From: Verrucomicrobia bacterium UBA6614
GTDB taxonomy: Bacteria > Verrucomicrobiota > Verrucomicrobiia > Limisphaerales > UBA1100
Assembly (NCBI GenBank): GCA_002433235.1
Contig: DJHS01000054.1
Coordinates: forward strand, 17,918 to 81,917
Direction of reading: 5' to 3'
DNA: 64,000 nucleotides
Below are positions 62,179 through 64,000 of this stretch, in pieces; positions within the stretch are counted from its first letter, which is position 1; each line of letters begins with the position of its first letter. The position numbers were made by a program, and so were the translations under genes. Under the pieces are notes generated by a model. The model did no database searches and was not told the origin of the DNA. It saw only the letters and a list, made by a program, of their open reading frames with translations.

Positions 62179-63633
62179 ATGTTTTATTACCTGAGTCAGT
62201 TGCCGGAGTACCTTGCCAGCCAGGGGCATGCTGGTTGGGCGGATTGGCTCTCGGGGCTTCGGGTGTTTCAATACATCACCTTTCGAGCCGCTGGCGCGGC
62301 GGTTACGGCACTGCTCTTGAGCCTTTGGTTGGGGCCATTCGTCATTCGCTGGCTTCGCGGCCTGCGCGTTCGGCAGGAATACGAGGATCGTGCCCGTCAA
62401 ATGGGTGGCATGGTTTCGGACGGTGTCACCAAGATGGGCGTGCCGACGATGGGAGGACTGTTGATCGTGAGCGTGTTGGATATCACTGCGTTGCTTTGGG
62501 CGCAATGGAACCCGTTGGTTACATTAACCCTTCTGGCGGTTCTTGTCCTGTGCCTCCTTGGGTTTTACGACGACTACTCCAAGATTTCAGCGCAGGAAAG
62601 CAGTGGCATCGCCGGGAAAGTCAAGTTGGTCGTGCAGTTTGCGCTGGCGGCGTTCATCGGCGTTTATCTCTGGAAGTTGCCGATGCACAGCGAGGTTTTC
62701 GTCACAAACGATTCAACCAAGCATCCTCCAGTCAAGGCGTGGCATTTTACCGAGCGGCACAGTGAGGGCGAAATCGAGGCGAAGTTTGACAACAATAACA
62801 CGCGTTATCGGTTGGCCTTTGCGGAGGGGTTGATGGTGAGAGGGCGTTCGTTTAAACCTGACGGAACTGAATCCGGTCGAGTGGAGGCGGGTGAAGGTCG
62901 TCTGGCTTTCTACTCTTCAGGCGGAAAGCGGGAGTTGGAACAGATTTATCGGGAGGGGAAATTGGTGCGGCACAGTTCGTGGGTGTCGCACAATCTCGTG
63001 GCGTCGATTATGCTTCCATTTGCCAAGCATCCCGTGTTGACGGGGTCGGGCATTCTGGGGCTTGTGCTGGTTATGTTGGCGATCGTGGGCAGTTCCAACG
63101 CGGTCAATCTTACGGATGGCCTCGATGGTCTGGCCATCGGCTGCACGATTATTGTTGCGGCCGTGTTTCTAGCCTTCACATACATCGCCAGCCACACTGA
63201 GTTGGCGGCTTACCTGAACATGCCACATGTGCTTGGCGCAGGAGAGTTGTCCATTCTTTGCGCGGCGCTTATTGGGGCATCATTGGGATTTCTTTGGTTT
63301 AACTGTCATCCCGCCCAAGTTTTCATGGGCGACACAGGGGCATTGGCGCTGGGAGGGATGCTGGGGATTATTGCAGTGCTCATCCATCAACCGTTTGTGC
63401 TCCTGATAGCGGGTGGCGTGTTCGTGTTGGAAGCTCTTTCCGTGATGTTGCAGAGCGGTTGGTTCAAGTACACCCGGCTACGTTCAGGTGAGGGACGGCG
63501 CATTTTTCTGATGGCGCCGCTGCATCATCATTTCCAGATGAAGCATTGGCATGAAAACCAGGTGGTCGTCCGTTTTTACATTCTCGGCGTACTCTTTGCC
63601 GTACTTGCGTTGGCCACATTGAAACTTCGTTGA
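62179..63633 (+). CDS. mraY: phospho-N-acetylmuramoyl-pentapeptide transferase with a ~105-aa insertion in the TM4-TM5 periplasmic loop
   Basis: GFYDDYSKI, SSNAVNLTDGLDGLA, FMGDTGALALGG and APLHHHF motifs. 484 aa, against roughly 360 aa for typical MraY. Confidence 0.92.
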   Translation: MFYYLSQLPEYLASQGHAGWADWLSGLRVFQYITFRAAGAAVTALLLSLWLGPFVIRWLRGLRVRQEYEDRARQMGGMVSDGVTKMGVPTMGGLLIVSVLDITALLWAQWNPLVTLTLLAVLVLCLLGFYDDYSKISAQESSGIAGKVKLVVQFALAAFIGVYLWKLPMHSEVFVTNDSTKHPPVKAWHFTERHSEGEIEAKFDNNNTRYRLAFAEGLMVRGRSFKPDGTESGRVEAGEGRLAFYSSGGKRELEQIYREGKLVRHSSWVSHNLVASIMLPFAKHPVLTGSGILGLVLVMLAIVGSSNAVNLTDGLDGLAIGCTIIVAAVFLAFTYIASHTELAAYLNMPHVLGAGELSILCAALIGASLGFLWFNCHPAQVFMGDTGALALGGMLGIIAVLIHQPFVLLIAGGVFVLEALSVMLQSGWFKYTRLRSGEGRRIFLMAPLHHHFQMKHWHENQVVVRFYILGVLFAVLALATLKLR

Positions 63634-64000
63634 TGGACTCGGTGGCTGGCAAGCGCGTGGTGGTGATGGGCCTTGGAGTGAGCGGGTTTGCCGCTTGCCG
63701 GTTGCTGTTGGCTGAGGGCGCGAATGTCACGGCGGTGGATGCATCAAACTCAGAGGCACTTTGCGTTCGAGGGCGATCATTGGAAGAAGAGGGCGCGACG
63801 GTGCATCTTGGGGGTAGCGGAAAGTTGACTGGCGAATATGATTTGGTGGTCATCAGTCCTGGGGTTCCAACTTCCAATCCGACTGTGCAAACACTGCGCG
63901 CGGCGGGGATTCCCATTATTGGCGAATTGGAATTGGGCTGGCGGCATTCGCTATGCCTGAGCATTGGGGTGACCGGCACCAACGGCAAGACCACCACCAC
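63633..64000 (+). CDS. murD: UDP-N-acetylmuramoylalanine--D-glutamate ligase (3'-truncated by the window edge)
   Basis: My own translation of frame 3 from the ATG at 63633, which overlaps the mraY TGA by 1 nt: MDSVAGKRVVVMGLGVSGFAACRLLLAEG...IGVTGTNGKTTT. Not in the ORF track because there is no stop before the window end. Confidence 0.88.
   Translation, partial: MDSVAGKRVVVMGLGVSGFAACRLLLAEGANVTAVDASNSEALCVRGRSLEEEGATVHLGGSGKLTGEYDLVVISPGVPTSNPTVQTLRAAGIPIIGELELGWRHSLCLSIGVTGTNGKTTT

Overview
This is a 64-kb chromosomal window with about 45 protein genes. I found no rRNA, tRNA, CRISPR array, transposase or integrase. Gene content points to a PVC-superphylum genome, Verrucomicrobiota- or Planctomycetota-like: DUF1501, DUF1080, ThuA, a TAT-signal Gfo/Idh/MocA enzyme, PD40 repeats and a prenyltransferase-like toroid. 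That placement is inference only.

Layout:
- 0.4-1.8 kb: an enolase-superfamily gene.
- 1.8-20.6 kb: two tandem paralogous cassettes, each ordered giant periplasmic TPR protein, ExbB/TolQ-like, ExbD/TolR-like, giant membrane-anchored spacer protein. The first ends in a vWA domain. The second carries a PD40 propeller and ends in a squalene-cyclase/prenyltransferase-like domain. Each cassette is preceded by a copy of the same ~122-nt non-coding element.
- 20.6-42.5 kb: housekeeping and sugar-type genes (DUF1080, Gfo/Idh/MocA x3, ThuA, TPR-redoxin lipoprotein, argC, rpsI-rplM, lpxD, panD, NSS transporter, TIM-barrel isomerases, DUF1501, recN, MBL hydrolase, HExxH protein, tatD).
- 42.5-49.4 kb: sucDC, citrate synthase, murI, a RibD-type reductase, queA.
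- 49.5-64 kb: a dcw cluster (mraZ, rsmH, ftsL, ftsI, murE, murF, mraY, partial murD). It is atypically interrupted by three large or novel secreted-protein genes, and its mraY carries a periplasmic insertion.

The best candidate for an undescribed system is the duplicated Tol/TonB/Glt-like proton-motive-force cassette pair with its shared leader. A core motif of that leader also occurs upstream of mraZ. All family calls come from reading motifs in the translations. No database search was run.
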